A DNA stretch of 64,000 nucleotides, taken from the IMG/VR virus record IMGVR_UViG_3300020045_008999, positions 160,001 to 224,000 of that record. The stretch is one strand, 5' to 3'. This document shows positions 31,054 to 41,962 of the stretch, in pieces (the stretch's first letter is position 1; each line of letters starts with the position of its first letter). The notes below the pieces were generated by a model, which saw only the letters and a program-made list of their open reading frames with translations, was not told where the DNA came from and did not search any database. This DNA is from a virus (Duplodnaviria > Heunggongvirae > Uroviricota > Caudoviricetes). The position numbers were made by a program, and so were the translations under genes.

Positions 31054-31794
31054 ATGATTATGTATAATAATGACCTAACAACGTGGGATGATCATAAATT
31101 GTTGAAGTTATATAAGCACGCCATGGTATATAGGTATATGTGCTATAAGGATACTTTTGGCAGCTACCACCCTAAATATGAGCACAACTGTGTTCATCTA
31201 GAAGACATAAAGAGCAGCTTTTTTTTCAAACTATACTATCCGAATGAATTGGCTATGTTAGAGCAAATGTGGACTCGTTACATGGATAGTAATTTTCATA
31301 ATAGATGTTGGTGGGAGTCACAGAATATATTCAGTACTCGAATTACATTCCCGCAACCGGCCCTGGATGATGTTGTTAGTGATGTTGTTAGCGATGTTGT
31401 TAGCGATGTTGTTAGCGATGTTGTTAGTGATAGTATAATCATGGATTATATTCACTATAATGGTAACCAGTATATTCTACATGGCAGTGGCAGCAAGCGT
31501 AAGGTTTACTTATCACCGGACGGTACCCATGTAATTAAGGTTGCTATGGATCCTATTGGTTTAGGCATTGGTGAGAATTTATCAGAGTCCCAAATCTATG
31601 CGAGTAACCCGGATTCCATTTACGCCAAATGCGAAATGATAGAGAATGATTGGCTGTTGATGGAATACGTAGAACCGGGATTTTTCACTTCAAAAGACAA
31701 TTTACCCCAATGGACTTTGAGTATTGCCGAACATCAGGTGGGTTACACCCTTTCCGGGAAGTTAGTGGCATATGATTACGGTTCCGATATTTAA
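31054..31794 (+). CDS. Two-domain protein with (DVVS)5 linker and minimal protein-kinase-like C-terminal domain
   Basis: GSGSKRKVY...VIKV...NLSE...LMEYV...LVAYDYG. Confidence 0.55.
   Translation: MIMYNNDLTTWDDHKLLKLYKHAMVYRYMCYKDTFGSYHPKYEHNCVHLEDIKSSFFFKLYYPNELAMLEQMWTRYMDSNFHNRCWWESQNIFSTRITFPQPALDDVVSDVVSDVVSDVVSDVVSDSIIMDYIHYNGNQYILHGSGSKRKVYLSPDGTHVIKVAMDPIGLGIGENLSESQIYASNPDSIYAKCEMIENDWLLMEYVEPGFFTSKDNLPQWTLSIAEHQVGYTLSGKLVAYDYGSDI
31369..31428 (+). repeat. 12-bp tandem repeat x5 (gatgttgttagy)
   Basis: Directly visible; encodes DVVS x5. Confidence 0.95.
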
Positions 31795-32236
31795 TACAAT
31801 TGAAATGGATGATACTACATTAGACATAATTGATTATTTTCTAACTAATAGGTGTATTTGGAACTATGCCTACCCATACGAGGTTACTTCGGATGGTTTG
31901 ATTAATATCCAAGGTGATATTTTGATTACTTCGGTCCCGGATGGTCGCCATCAGATGTCTCATATTAGGTTTGGTAATGTGAGTGGTAATTTACGATGTC
32001 ATGTCTTAGGGGTTGATTCGCGTTCATGGGACTGGTTTCCTAACCAGGTGGGTGGTTGTGTTAGTATTATTTATGATAAAATAAACAATTCTAATTATGA
32101 TGTTTCAATTTTCAATACTTTATACCGCTATAACCTCAGACAGGTTCAGATAAACAATGGGATATCATCAGAATACCTTACATATTATCAGAACCGAAAG
32201 CGTATTGATACAATTAATAAAATATTAGATGACTAA
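31772..32236 (+). CDS. LRR family B protein (probable start 31805)
   Basis: RFGNVSGNLRC, tail RKRIDTINKILDD. Confidence 0.8.
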   Translation: MITVPIFNTIEMDDTTLDIIDYFLTNRCIWNYAYPYEVTSDGLINIQGDILITSVPDGRHQMSHIRFGNVSGNLRCHVLGVDSRSWDWFPNQVGGCVSIIYDKINNSNYDVSIFNTLYRYNLRQVQINNGISSEYLTYYQNRKRIDTINKILDD

Positions 32237-32238
32237 CG

Positions 32239-32628
32239 ATGGATAGAGATGACATTATAACGTTCTGTAAAAGACACAGGATAGCAAATTATAGTATTCG
32301 ACCGGATGGGGTTATTGATGTAGATGGTGATGTAGTTATGTTTGTCGAAACACTGAACTTAGGTGGTATAAAGTTTGGCAATGTAAGTGGTGATTTTTTC
32401 GTTAACTGGTCTAATTTAAGTAGCATGGTTGGGTTTCCGACCTTTGTTGGTAATACGCTTAGTGCGGATTATTGTCACTTAGATAATAGTGATGAAAATT
32501 TTTCTATTATATACCAGTGTGATTGTAAAGAAATGAAATTTACCCACGCTTTTATGGAGGGATATCGGCGGTATCAGGTCAAGCGAATGCGTATTGACAA
32601 TATTAATGACATATTAAAAAACGAATGA
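32239..32628 (+). CDS. LRR family B protein
   Basis: IANYSIRPDGVIDVDGDV, tail RMRIDNINDILKNE. Confidence 0.85.
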   Translation: MDRDDIITFCKRHRIANYSIRPDGVIDVDGDVVMFVETLNLGGIKFGNVSGDFFVNWSNLSSMVGFPTFVGNTLSADYCHLDNSDENFSIIYQCDCKEMKFTHAFMEGYRRYQVKRMRIDNINDILKNE

Positions 32629-33088
32629 AACAGCATGAAATTGCCACGCTATTTATAAAATTAGGGATTATTAAATATGATATAAGGGATGATGGTTTAA
32701 TTGACATCTACCATAGTGTGCCTTTAGACAAAATAATTTATATCCAACGCGAGACACAGCTTCGCATTGGTAGGATCATCGGAGATGTTCATGGAACATG
32801 GTCTACTGAAAATTATGTTGAGAAATTACCATACAGTGTTAGTGGTAATATTTATCTTAAATATGCATCATTGCATGCTACCGATGCGAATTTCGAAGTC
32901 TTATACAATTGTCAATGTAATCAAGTATTAACCACTGGCCAATTTAAAGTTAGGTATGAGGGATACTGTAGAGTGAGAAAGCGAAGTGAAACTATTAATG
33001 ACATATTAAAAAACGAATGAATCAGCATGAAATTGCCACGCTATTTATAAAATTAAGGATTATTAACTATGATATAAGGGATGATGGT
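32601..33088 (+). repeat. 96-bp direct repeat spanning two consecutive gene junctions
   Basis: 32601-32696 and 32993-33088, three mismatches. Confidence 0.85.
32625..33020 (+). CDS. LRR family B protein (highly diverged)
   Basis: YDIRDDGLIDI, tail RKRSETINDILKNE. Confidence 0.8.
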   Translation: MKQHEIATLFIKLGIIKYDIRDDGLIDIYHSVPLDKIIYIQRETQLRIGRIIGDVHGTWSTENYVEKLPYSVSGNIYLKYASLHATDANFEVLYNCQCNQVLTTGQFKVRYEGYCRVRKRSETINDILKNE

Positions 33089-33412
33089 GCAATTGAAATA
33101 AGGGGTGGCATAAACTTATCCACATTATTAAAAATATACCACTATTATCCAACGATCACCATTGGTAGTGTTTCGGGAAATATATATGGTTCAGGGTGTA
33201 CAGAAACCAAACTATTGGGATTTCCATCTCATGTAGGTGGTTTAGTACATCTCATGTACAGTTCACTGGAAGCTACTATTGAAAATTTTGAATTATTGTA
33301 CAAGTGTAATTATTTATCGGTAGTACTCCCACGCTATTTCGAATATGGGTATGTTAGATATTGTAAAATGAGAAAACGAAGTGAGTCTATTGTTGAATTG
33401 TTATATGAATAA
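33017..33412 (+). CDS. LRR family B protein (highly diverged)
   Basis: YDIRDDGAIEI, GFPSHVGG, tail RKRSESIVELLYE. Confidence 0.8.
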   Translation: MNQHEIATLFIKLRIINYDIRDDGAIEIRGGINLSTLLKIYHYYPTITIGSVSGNIYGSGCTETKLLGFPSHVGGLVHLMYSSLEATIENFELLYKCNYLSVVLPRYFEYGYVRYCKMRKRSESIVELLYE

Positions 33413-33465
33413 TATTCTCCAGACCTGATCCAAATCGATGTTGTGAAAACTTTAGAACATTCGGT

Positions 33466-33497
33466 ATTGCTTTTTAAGTTATAATGTTGTATGTTTG
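33466..33497 (+). promoter_or_regulatory. Bacteroidota sigma promoter
   Basis: ATTG-N20-TATGTTTG. Confidence 0.65.
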
Positions 33498-33523
33498 TAT
33501 CATAATAAGTAATACACTGAACT

Positions 33524-33967
33524 ATGGAAGCGATCTACTACACGACAACTGCTGCTGGACAATTGCATTTAGCTGAATTACAATCCCGTATTAAAGATGC
33601 CAAATCTGAAAAAATAATCGTAGACTGTCCCCGATGCAATGGTGAGGGTGGTATAGTTGAATTTGCACATGTATCTAATGGAATTTGTTTTTTATGCAAG
33701 GGTAGTAAACAAACCTATTCATATCGCACGCCGAAACAGCAAAACCTCAACCGTCTTATCAAAGAACAGATCCTAGAATTATCAAAACGTTTGGTTGTTC
33801 CACAAGAAATTATAATTGAATTTGGGACTAACCCAAAGCACCACACACCGATGTTTCATTCTTTTGTGCGCAATTTTATGGCAACCAATGGATTTTTGGG
33901 TGATAGTTATGATTTTCATGACATATTATACAGAATCAATTGCTTGGACCACTTTATGTATGAATAA
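33524..33967 (+). CDS. Protein with DnaJ-type CxxCxGxG zinc finger
   Basis: CPRCNGEG...CFLCKGS. Confidence 0.65.
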   Translation: MEAIYYTTTAAGQLHLAELQSRIKDAKSEKIIVDCPRCNGEGGIVEFAHVSNGICFLCKGSKQTYSYRTPKQQNLNRLIKEQILELSKRLVVPQEIIIEFGTNPKHHTPMFHSFVRNFMATNGFLGDSYDFHDILYRINCLDHFMYE

Positions 33968-33985
33968 TTATCTAACTCAAAATTA

Positions 33986-34432
33986 ATGGAATTGCCAAAC
34001 CCCGGAAGCGACGACCTAATAAAAGAAAGCAACACCGCTTATCATACTTTTGTACATCTAACACTCACTCAATGGGGTGTAAAAGATTACACCATTAATA
34101 CTGATATGACTGTCGATATAAATACTGATGTGTCCTTATTAGGTATACCTAATTTAGAAGTACCATTCCAAATAGGCATCGTGTGGGGTTATTTTTCTTG
34201 TTTGATCTGTGGGTTTGAATCATTCAAGGGATTTCCACGTAAAGTATATGGTACGTTTCGTTGTATTAGTAATGAAATAATACATTCCCAAGAAAATTTT
34301 GATTACTTATATACATTGGAACCATCTAAGATAGATATTGGGGATCGTGGCGACCCGTTTCACGACGCGTACCAACAGTATGTCAAGGGCCGGATGAGAT
34401 GTGATAACATTAATGAAATATTAAACCCATAA
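33986..34432 (+). CDS. LRR family B protein
   Basis: VKDYTINTDMTVDI, SFKGFPRKVYGTFRC, tail RMRCDNINEILNP. Confidence 0.85.
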   Translation: MELPNPGSDDLIKESNTAYHTFVHLTLTQWGVKDYTINTDMTVDINTDVSLLGIPNLEVPFQIGIVWGYFSCLICGFESFKGFPRKVYGTFRCISNEIIHSQENFDYLYTLEPSKIDIGDRGDPFHDAYQQYVKGRMRCDNINEILNP

Positions 34433-34435
34433 CAG

Positions 34436-34843
34436 ATGCAGAAAAGAACAACACCGGAATATATTAGCAACCTACCAAAGAACCACATTTTTGTATTTGG
34501 ATCAAATTTATCGGGAAGACATGGTAAGGGGGCAGCGAAAACGGCTCTGAGATGGGGTGCGCGCTATGGCCGGGCAAATGGTCCACAAGGAAGAACCTAT
34601 GCATTACCAACCAAAGATGCCCAAATTAAGCACGCTTTGTCCATTGATATAATTAGACCATTTGTAGATGAATTCATAGCATTTGCAAAAGAGAATGTCG
34701 GTCTGGTGTTTTTAGTAACCGAAGTCGGTTGCGGTCTGTCTGGTTTAAAACCTAGTGCTGTTGCACCACTATTCATCGATGCCATTGGTGTGGAAAACAT
34801 TCATTTACCGGAACGATTTTGGAATATTCTTAATAAAATATAA
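34436..34843 (+). CDS. Phage macrodomain-like protein
   Basis: IFVFGSNLSGRHGKGAA...YALPT...FLVTEVGCGLSG, a conserved phage macro-like family signature. Confidence 0.7.
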   Translation: MQKRTTPEYISNLPKNHIFVFGSNLSGRHGKGAAKTALRWGARYGRANGPQGRTYALPTKDAQIKHALSIDIIRPFVDEFIAFAKENVGLVFLVTEVGCGLSGLKPSAVAPLFIDAIGVENIHLPERFWNILNKI

Positions 34844-35334
34844 AACATATGGATTTAACTACATTAATTCCGGAAATTGATTACCAACAAACCTACACAT
34901 ATGAGCAAAGGGTCGATATTTTTAATAAGTATCTGATTTCACCGGCCACTAAAATGATGTGTCCGATTTGGCAATTATCACAATTTATAATTAGTAATAC
35001 CATGCCCAATAAAAATACTTACGTATATAGATTTGGACATGGTCAGAACTTATTAAACAACTCAAGAGATATAGCGATACAAAACCGCAAAGAGATGCAA
35101 GTTTCAATGACTTCTTCTAATAAATCAATCATGATACGTAGTTATGATCCAGATGCGAAAGAAATGCCAAAATATGGGAAGTATCGTAATGCGATTCGAT
35201 TTGATTTAACGATGCGTACGATTTCACTATGTACTAGTTTAACACAATTAGGACCGTATCAGGTTAGTCGTGATTTATATGATCAAATTGACCAGTGGTT
35301 AATAGATTTTGGGTATAGTAAGTGGTAGATTACA

Positions 35335-35392
35335 TTAAATTTAATACAACGAATAGTGCATTAAATTACACTATTCGTTGTATTAAATTTAA
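35335..35392. repeat. Perfect 24-bp inverted repeat, 10-nt loop
   Basis: ttaaatttaatacaacgaatagtg / cactattcgttgtattaaatttaa. Confidence 0.9.
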
Positions 35393-35641
35393 AAATCATA
35401 CGTAAGTATGGAAATAGTGCAATGAATGGCACTTTTAAAAATAAAAAAGAACATAGCATGTCAGAAAATTTAAACGAAGCACCCAAAGACTCACAAGTAA
35501 CCGGGGTATTTATTCAATTTCAGGATCGAGGAATGGTGAATATCGCTGATTTATCCAGAGTAGAATATGAAGAATTTTTGGATATGATGCATATGGTCCG
35601 AACATCTTATTTAGTAGCGATAAATCGAACCGAATAATCAT

Positions 35642-36232
35642 ATGGAAATATATGAAAAGATGAAGTCTTTGAAGAATAAAAGAAATAAGGAAAAAGTAGT
35701 TGATAAAGATATCAAAAAAATTAAATCATTTTGTGATCTGGTTGTGATTGGTACTTATGTGATCAATTTGGATAATACCGTATCTGTAACTGGAATGGTA
35801 AATATGGCTGGTCATGGGTTGAAATCTATACCGGTTAAATTTAAAGAGGTAAGTGAAGGGTTTAATTGTTCGGGAAACACACTAACTAATTTAATTGGTG
35901 CCCCGGATTCTATTGGTACATATTTTAATTGTTCTGACAATTTACTAACATCATTGGTTGGATTACCATGTTACATTCATGATTTTCTCATGTGTCATAC
36001 CAACCGCCTTGAAAGTTTCCAAGGATTAGAGAGTAGTACTTATAGCCCAACATGTAGGCTGCATGTCTATAACAATCCAACTATGAAACAAGAAGATAGG
36101 TTGGATAATTTTAAACGATTAGATAATTTTAATTCAAATTGTGTTTATTTGGATTCGGATTTAAACCATAGTTATCAACTATATTTACGTGCTAAAGACC
36201 GTATTAAAAACATTGCCGACATACTTAAATAA
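35642..36232 (+). CDS. LRR family B protein
   Basis: FNCSGNTLTNLIGAP repeats, tail KDRIKNIADILK. Confidence 0.88.
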   Translation: MEIYEKMKSLKNKRNKEKVVDKDIKKIKSFCDLVVIGTYVINLDNTVSVTGMVNMAGHGLKSIPVKFKEVSEGFNCSGNTLTNLIGAPDSIGTYFNCSDNLLTSLVGLPCYIHDFLMCHTNRLESFQGLESSTYSPTCRLHVYNNPTMKQEDRLDNFKRLDNFNSNCVYLDSDLNHSYQLYLRAKDRIKNIADILK

Positions 36233-36454
36233 AAAATATGATGAATAATAAAGAAATTAAACAAGAATGTGACTTAATATACAACGAAATTAAGAGTGCC
36301 GAACAACGACTGCGCAAATTGCGAGACCTTTGTGAGCATGATGATACCGATATTGGAAATTATTCCTATCGAGTTGGGGTTGTTGAGCGCGCAGAAATTT
36401 GTAATTCATGCGGCGAAATCATAAAACGCATGAGTTAATTAATAATGTATAGAT

Positions 36455-36985
36455 ATGACCCAAGAAGAATTAATTCGCGGAATATGTAGTACGTGTATTA
36501 CCGGAACTTATGATCTGGGCCCAGATTTGTCGGTAAATGTAAATGGTTCGGTAAATTTAGCTCATAGAAATTTATTATGTTTGCCTATTAATTTTAATAC
36601 TGTGAGTGGTAATTTTTACTGCGAAGGTAATAGGTTGACCACACTACATGGTGCTCCACACTACGTTGGTGGCGTATTTGATTGTTCCTTTAATAGATTG
36701 ATCAATTTAAATGGATTGCCTAAAGAGATATCTGGTAATTTAATTTGTAGTAATAATTCCTTTATTACATTTGAGGGTATGGACAAATCGATGATCAGTG
36801 GTGATCTGGCATGTTTTGATAATTTCGCATTAAGAAGCGATAAAAGTTCAGATATGATCAATTTTAAAATATTTGATCAATTTATGCCCGCACAAATCTA
36901 CGTCGATCATTCAATTACTGAACGATATAAACAATATTTACGCATTAAAAACCGTATTGACATCATTAAAAATATTTTAAACTAA
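36455..36985 (+). CDS. LRR family B protein
   Basis: FYCEGNRLTTLHGAP repeats, tail KNRIDIIKNILN. Confidence 0.88.
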   Translation: MTQEELIRGICSTCITGTYDLGPDLSVNVNGSVNLAHRNLLCLPINFNTVSGNFYCEGNRLTTLHGAPHYVGGVFDCSFNRLINLNGLPKEISGNLICSNNSFITFEGMDKSMISGDLACFDNFALRSDKSSDMINFKIFDQFMPAQIYVDHSITERYKQYLRIKNRIDIIKNILN

Positions 36986-37391
36986 ACAACACGCATATGG
37001 ACAATATGGACAAAATATTAACAAACGAAGCTTATATATCCTTTTCAAATTGGCTTATTCATTCAGATTGTGCAACGCGTTGCTGGGGTGGGTTAGGTAA
37101 TGGTAATGATAATGGTGGCATTGGTTTTGAATTTTTACCAGAAGAATTCCAAGTTGAAATGCTCATTATGTGGTTTGATGCAATGGAAATATTCATTGGT
37201 AGTGAGATTTGTTTCGATAGTGGATCACAATATGTTCGTGGGTTTGATGCATCCGTTTGGTCGAGTACTATTATTTTGGTCGAGAGTATATCCGGATACA
37301 ATAACCTAGATGTGTATCAAAGTCGTTTGGAATCCAAAAAGGACGCAATTGTATATGCGAATAATTACTACAATACCATTAAGTCTAAGCG

Positions 37392-37931
37392 ATGAAGATC
37401 AATCGAAGTACCATCATACACAAATGTCTTAGATATAACATCAATAATTATTCAATAAATTTAGATGGTTCGATTGATGTGCATGGTGATGTAAATTTAT
37501 TTCAGATTAAATTAGAAAAACTACCATTAAATTTTGGTAAGGTCAGTGGTAATTTTTCATGTGCATTTAATAAATTAACTACACTAGAGGGTTCCCCGGT
37601 TACGGTGGGTGGTTTTTTTGATTGTTCCTATAATACGTTAACATCCTTGGAGGGTGCTCCACATACAGTGGGACGTTTTTTCGATTGTAGTATGAATAGT
37701 TTGACAAATATATTAGGTGGACCCACATTAGTTCGCGATGAATTTAAACTTTCGAAACTATTTGATGGGACACATGTTAGTATTGATGACAATTATGCCT
37801 ATTTATATGATCTCATGTTGCAAAATACTGATATTTTTTTCAGAAGCCAGCCCATGCGTGATTATTTCATAAAATATGTCAAAGCCCGTAAAAGACTAGA
37901 TGTGATAAAATCAATTTTGGATACGGATTGA
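37392..37931 (+). CDS. LRR protein with family-A-like repeats and family B tail
   Basis: FSCAFNKLTTLEGSPVTVGG repeats, tail RKRLDVIKSILDTD. Confidence 0.88.
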   Translation: MKINRSTIIHKCLRYNINNYSINLDGSIDVHGDVNLFQIKLEKLPLNFGKVSGNFSCAFNKLTTLEGSPVTVGGFFDCSYNTLTSLEGAPHTVGRFFDCSMNSLTNILGGPTLVRDEFKLSKLFDGTHVSIDDNYAYLYDLMLQNTDIFFRSQPMRDYFIKYVKARKRLDVIKSILDTD

Positions 37932-40458
37932 TTCTAATACAATCATCGATATTATATCAATTTACACATAGATAAAAAACATTGAATTGAAATGCAATTT
38001 TTAGAAATAAAAATTATATATTTGTTAAAAAAAATCACATGAATAGTTATACGAAAGAATTTGTACACAATGGTCAACGCTTTAGCATTATTGTAAACTT
38101 AAACACTAAAGTTGAAAAACGAATAAATGGGGACCGATGGCATACCATTCAGTGCAACAACACAGGGCCAGGGAACTATTATGAAAAAATAGAAGTGTTA
38201 GATGCTAATTTAGAAAAATCAATAATGGATATAGAGTCCAGTGCCAAGGCGAGTGTTGATAAAATCTTGCCTAACGAAACTGAACAAGAAATCTTATTAA
38301 AGAAATTGGGATTTAAATAGTAAATTATGAAAATAGCTAAACAAGATATTCAAATAGGGATGCAGTTCGCACTGACTGAAAATTCCATAAATGTATTCAA
38401 TTATGATCCTAGTGGATATTATTCAATGGACAATGCAGTTGAAATATTTTCATCAGTTGGCAATATTTCGATTACGTCATTAGTGTATAGGAATAAAGGA
38501 AATGGTGACATGATTCGTTTCAATATTTCTAATTCGCCAAAAGAATTCACTACATGGTGGGCAGCATTTAAGAGAAGTACTAAATATGTCCCAACGGATT
38601 CAATCATATTGAACCCGGTAACAAAAATACCCAAATTGAAAAAGACAAAATGGTCGGAGATGCAAGCAGCCCGATTAGGTGCCCCGGGATACTACATTGA
38701 GTATTATGGAAAACCTAATGAGTATCCAAGCGAATATTCAGTGATTTACATCGGTGTTGGAAAATGCAGATACATTCATTATAATTCGCCACCTAATCGT
38801 CAAGATTGGGCATCTCTTTTATGGTCTTGTGCCCCGACAAAGCGCAAAATCAATACATCAATTACCGATATAGAAAACGTGATATATCGATATCACTTTT
38901 TCGAAACACATGAAGATTTGATTAAATATAAAGGAATTTATCATAAACCAGGTGCAATGATACCGGTAGTCGAATAATTTATGGAGTTCAAACCTAAATA
39001 TGGCAACAGTACCAAACCTTTACAATATGACTTGGAATCACTTGTAGAGGATTCATACTATCGCATCAATGACACCAAAAAAATTCTACAATGGAATGGT
39101 GTTGAATTTCTCAAACCTTTGAAAGACCAACAAGGGCGATATGGTAGTTGGTTGGAACGAATAGAATCGCAGCCAAATGTTAAATTCGTACAAGAAGTGG
39201 ATCTATTAGAACTCTACTTATGATTTATCTAATTACCGTAGAAGCTAATTACGATCATCTTGAAATTGAATTTCTGGCAAATTTTGAAATCATTGCAGAC
39301 ATTTGTGAAAGTACTAATGCATCAAGGGGTACTATTGAGGCTGAGCTTACTAAATATAATCCGGACATTTATACCGTATTTTCATCGTTTATACATCTAA
39401 AACAACGAGGATATGTAGTGCTTCATACTCGATCAGTTTCGTACTTTAATAATGCGGTGTGGAAACCTGATTTAAGTTACATGCTAATAAATACCGACAA
39501 TTCGGCGATAAAACCGTTATTTCGAAAAAAAATGATTGCGGAAATACTTAAATAAATTACATTCGTATTATATAATTGTATATATTTGTAGAAAATATTA
39601 TATTATGAAAACATTATATTATAACGAAATAGGGAATGCGATCTCGGATTATATGGTATCCAAATGGTTGGATAATTTCCTCAGTGGTGATGCATCCCAT
39701 GTTTATTTCTCATCTGCTATCGTATTGGATGAACTTCGCGCTCGAATTAAGGAGGGTAGTATCGCTCATGATGCGGTGTGTATTGATATCGATGGTAAAG
39801 AATTCTTCATTGATTCAGATGGTAGATCGAGTGATTGGGACAACTGTTCGGAATTGTTGGTTCATGAGCGCATAATGATGCGTTTATTTTAGCTTTAATA
39901 TTGATGAGAAATACTATAGACAAAAGTCGTATATGCATAGGATCGCGTTTAAGAATTTGGAGCAGTAAGTATCAATGTGAGAAAGTAATTACAGTAATTC
40001 ACATACGGTTAGTCGTGATTTTCTTTTTGTATGATAATGATCCGGAAGAAGATTGGTTACCAATGGGAAGTTATATAATAGAAACTGCTACATTCGAGTA
40101 GTATAAATCACTTATTATGATAAAAGTTATAATTAAAGTAGAAACCGATTCCGATTTCACCTTATCATTTCCTAAAAACATCACCGGATTTTATGATATA
40201 AAATATGATGGTAATTATTTTATAAAGATATGTTACGAAGAAAAAAACGCGCTGGATGGTTTAGTTGCACTATTAAGTGAAATTGAGATTAGTTCGTGTA
40301 AAGATTGGCACAGTGCTGATTTGAAAAAGGGTATAAGTGGTTACATCAACCAACTAAACACATTGGGACTTTCTAGTTCAATCTATGATTTAATAGGTGG
40401 TGGTAATTGGTCATTCACTATTGATGTTTTGAGAATAACCGAACAATACGTAACAGCA

Positions 40459-40793
40459 TAACGCTTTACTGACAAACGAAGGTAGTTATTTGATACAAAA
40501 TAATCTTTAAATTAATCTAAAAATGAAAATATTCTTCGCATTCAAGGCCCAAATAATTGTTTATGTGGTGTTAGTTGTAGTACTTTCTGCTTGTAGAAAT
40601 TCAGATAAAAAATATCCAAGCGAAACTTCAAAATTTATCGTTACCAGAATAGAACCTAACACATTTGCCACAAGTATTTATTTGTTGGAACCAATTGATA
40701 AACAAGACTTAAATATGAATCATACTTGGATAGTTGATAGTATTGGTAAATTTACCGCTGGCGATACGCTGTCTTTTCAACATTATCGCTAAC
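40459..40793 (+). mobile_element. Degenerate attC-like site plus cassette encoding a putative lipoprotein (40523..40792)
   Basis: GCATAAC at stop of 40117..40461; inner arms tagttatttg / caaataattg; GTTAG 40570; cassette ends GCTAAC 40788-40793; lipobox-like VLSAC. Confidence 0.45.
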
Positions 40794-41927
40794 ATACACG
40801 GTTTGTTTTTCGACTGTGCAATAAATCAAATACAAGATGTTCAATAAATTGAACACAGATGGAAAGCTGGAAATCATAATTGGATAGTTGATAATATTGA
40901 AATAATTAAAAAAATAAATATGTCGAAAATTAAAGAAGAGCATCTAGTGTTCATGACGGATGATATGTATACACCTATATCATACAAAGGAGTGTCTGTA
41001 AGTCCACCATTATACAAAGGAAATGGTGAGCATAGCGTTCGTGATTTAGAAAAAATTTGTAACCAATACAAAGAATACGTGAGTCAGCAGCAAATAATTA
41101 AGCAAAATTGCATGAAACATATTGTTGAGCTTAAATTTGGAATTAAATTCGAATCTAATGACCATTGATATGGAATTTATAGGCACAACCAAATATCAAC
41201 ATGCCGCTGTGTTGCGGAATAATACTAGGCGAAGTATTATGTTGTATTTCGTCAATGGTATTCAAATTTTCAAAGAGAAGATTCCATTTGATGAAAATTA
41301 TGAACAAGGTACCGGTAAATGGGTTTTTACAAACGTATACCTATTAAATGGGAAGTTGTACCAAACCAGATCCAATGATCGGTGGTGTAATCATACATCT
41401 ACCTACATAATAAAATCTAGAGATGTTAAATTTCCATTATCAAAACGGATATTAGAACAGGTAAATATACCAGTCGATTTGAAAATAATCTTCAAGAAGT
41501 AATTATTCGATAAAAGTAAGTTACATACATGATAATAATCGCTATAGTGCGTAATTGTACATTACCACTTACCCAGAATGGACTTGAGATGATTATGTCC
41601 AGCATCAATCTGATAGATATTGATATATTAATGGAAATTGATTCAGCACTAGGAATGACAGATGATAAAGATGTAATTAATTTTTTTAGAAGTCGTGGTA
41701 TTAAACATTTTCGCGATTCATATATCTCATACTTAAATCGGTATGGTGTTGTTCAATTGTATTCCGGAAAATTGGCATTACAACCTATAGTGATTGTCGA
41801 TTGTATGCATTCTAAATTCAGACATATTGAAAGACTTATTTCTATTCGTAAAATTTTAAGTAGCTAATAAATTAATATTTTTTTCACAATATAAACCCTT
41901 GTAAAATTTTACATAATATTTACATTA

Positions 41928-41962
41928 AAAAATAGGAAATTATAAACTAATTTCCTATTTTT
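41928..41962. promoter_or_regulatory. 15-bp inverted repeat overlapping a -7 box (operator-like or terminator)
   Basis: aaaaataggaaatta / taatttcctattttt overlapping TATTTTTG 41956-41963. Confidence 0.55.
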
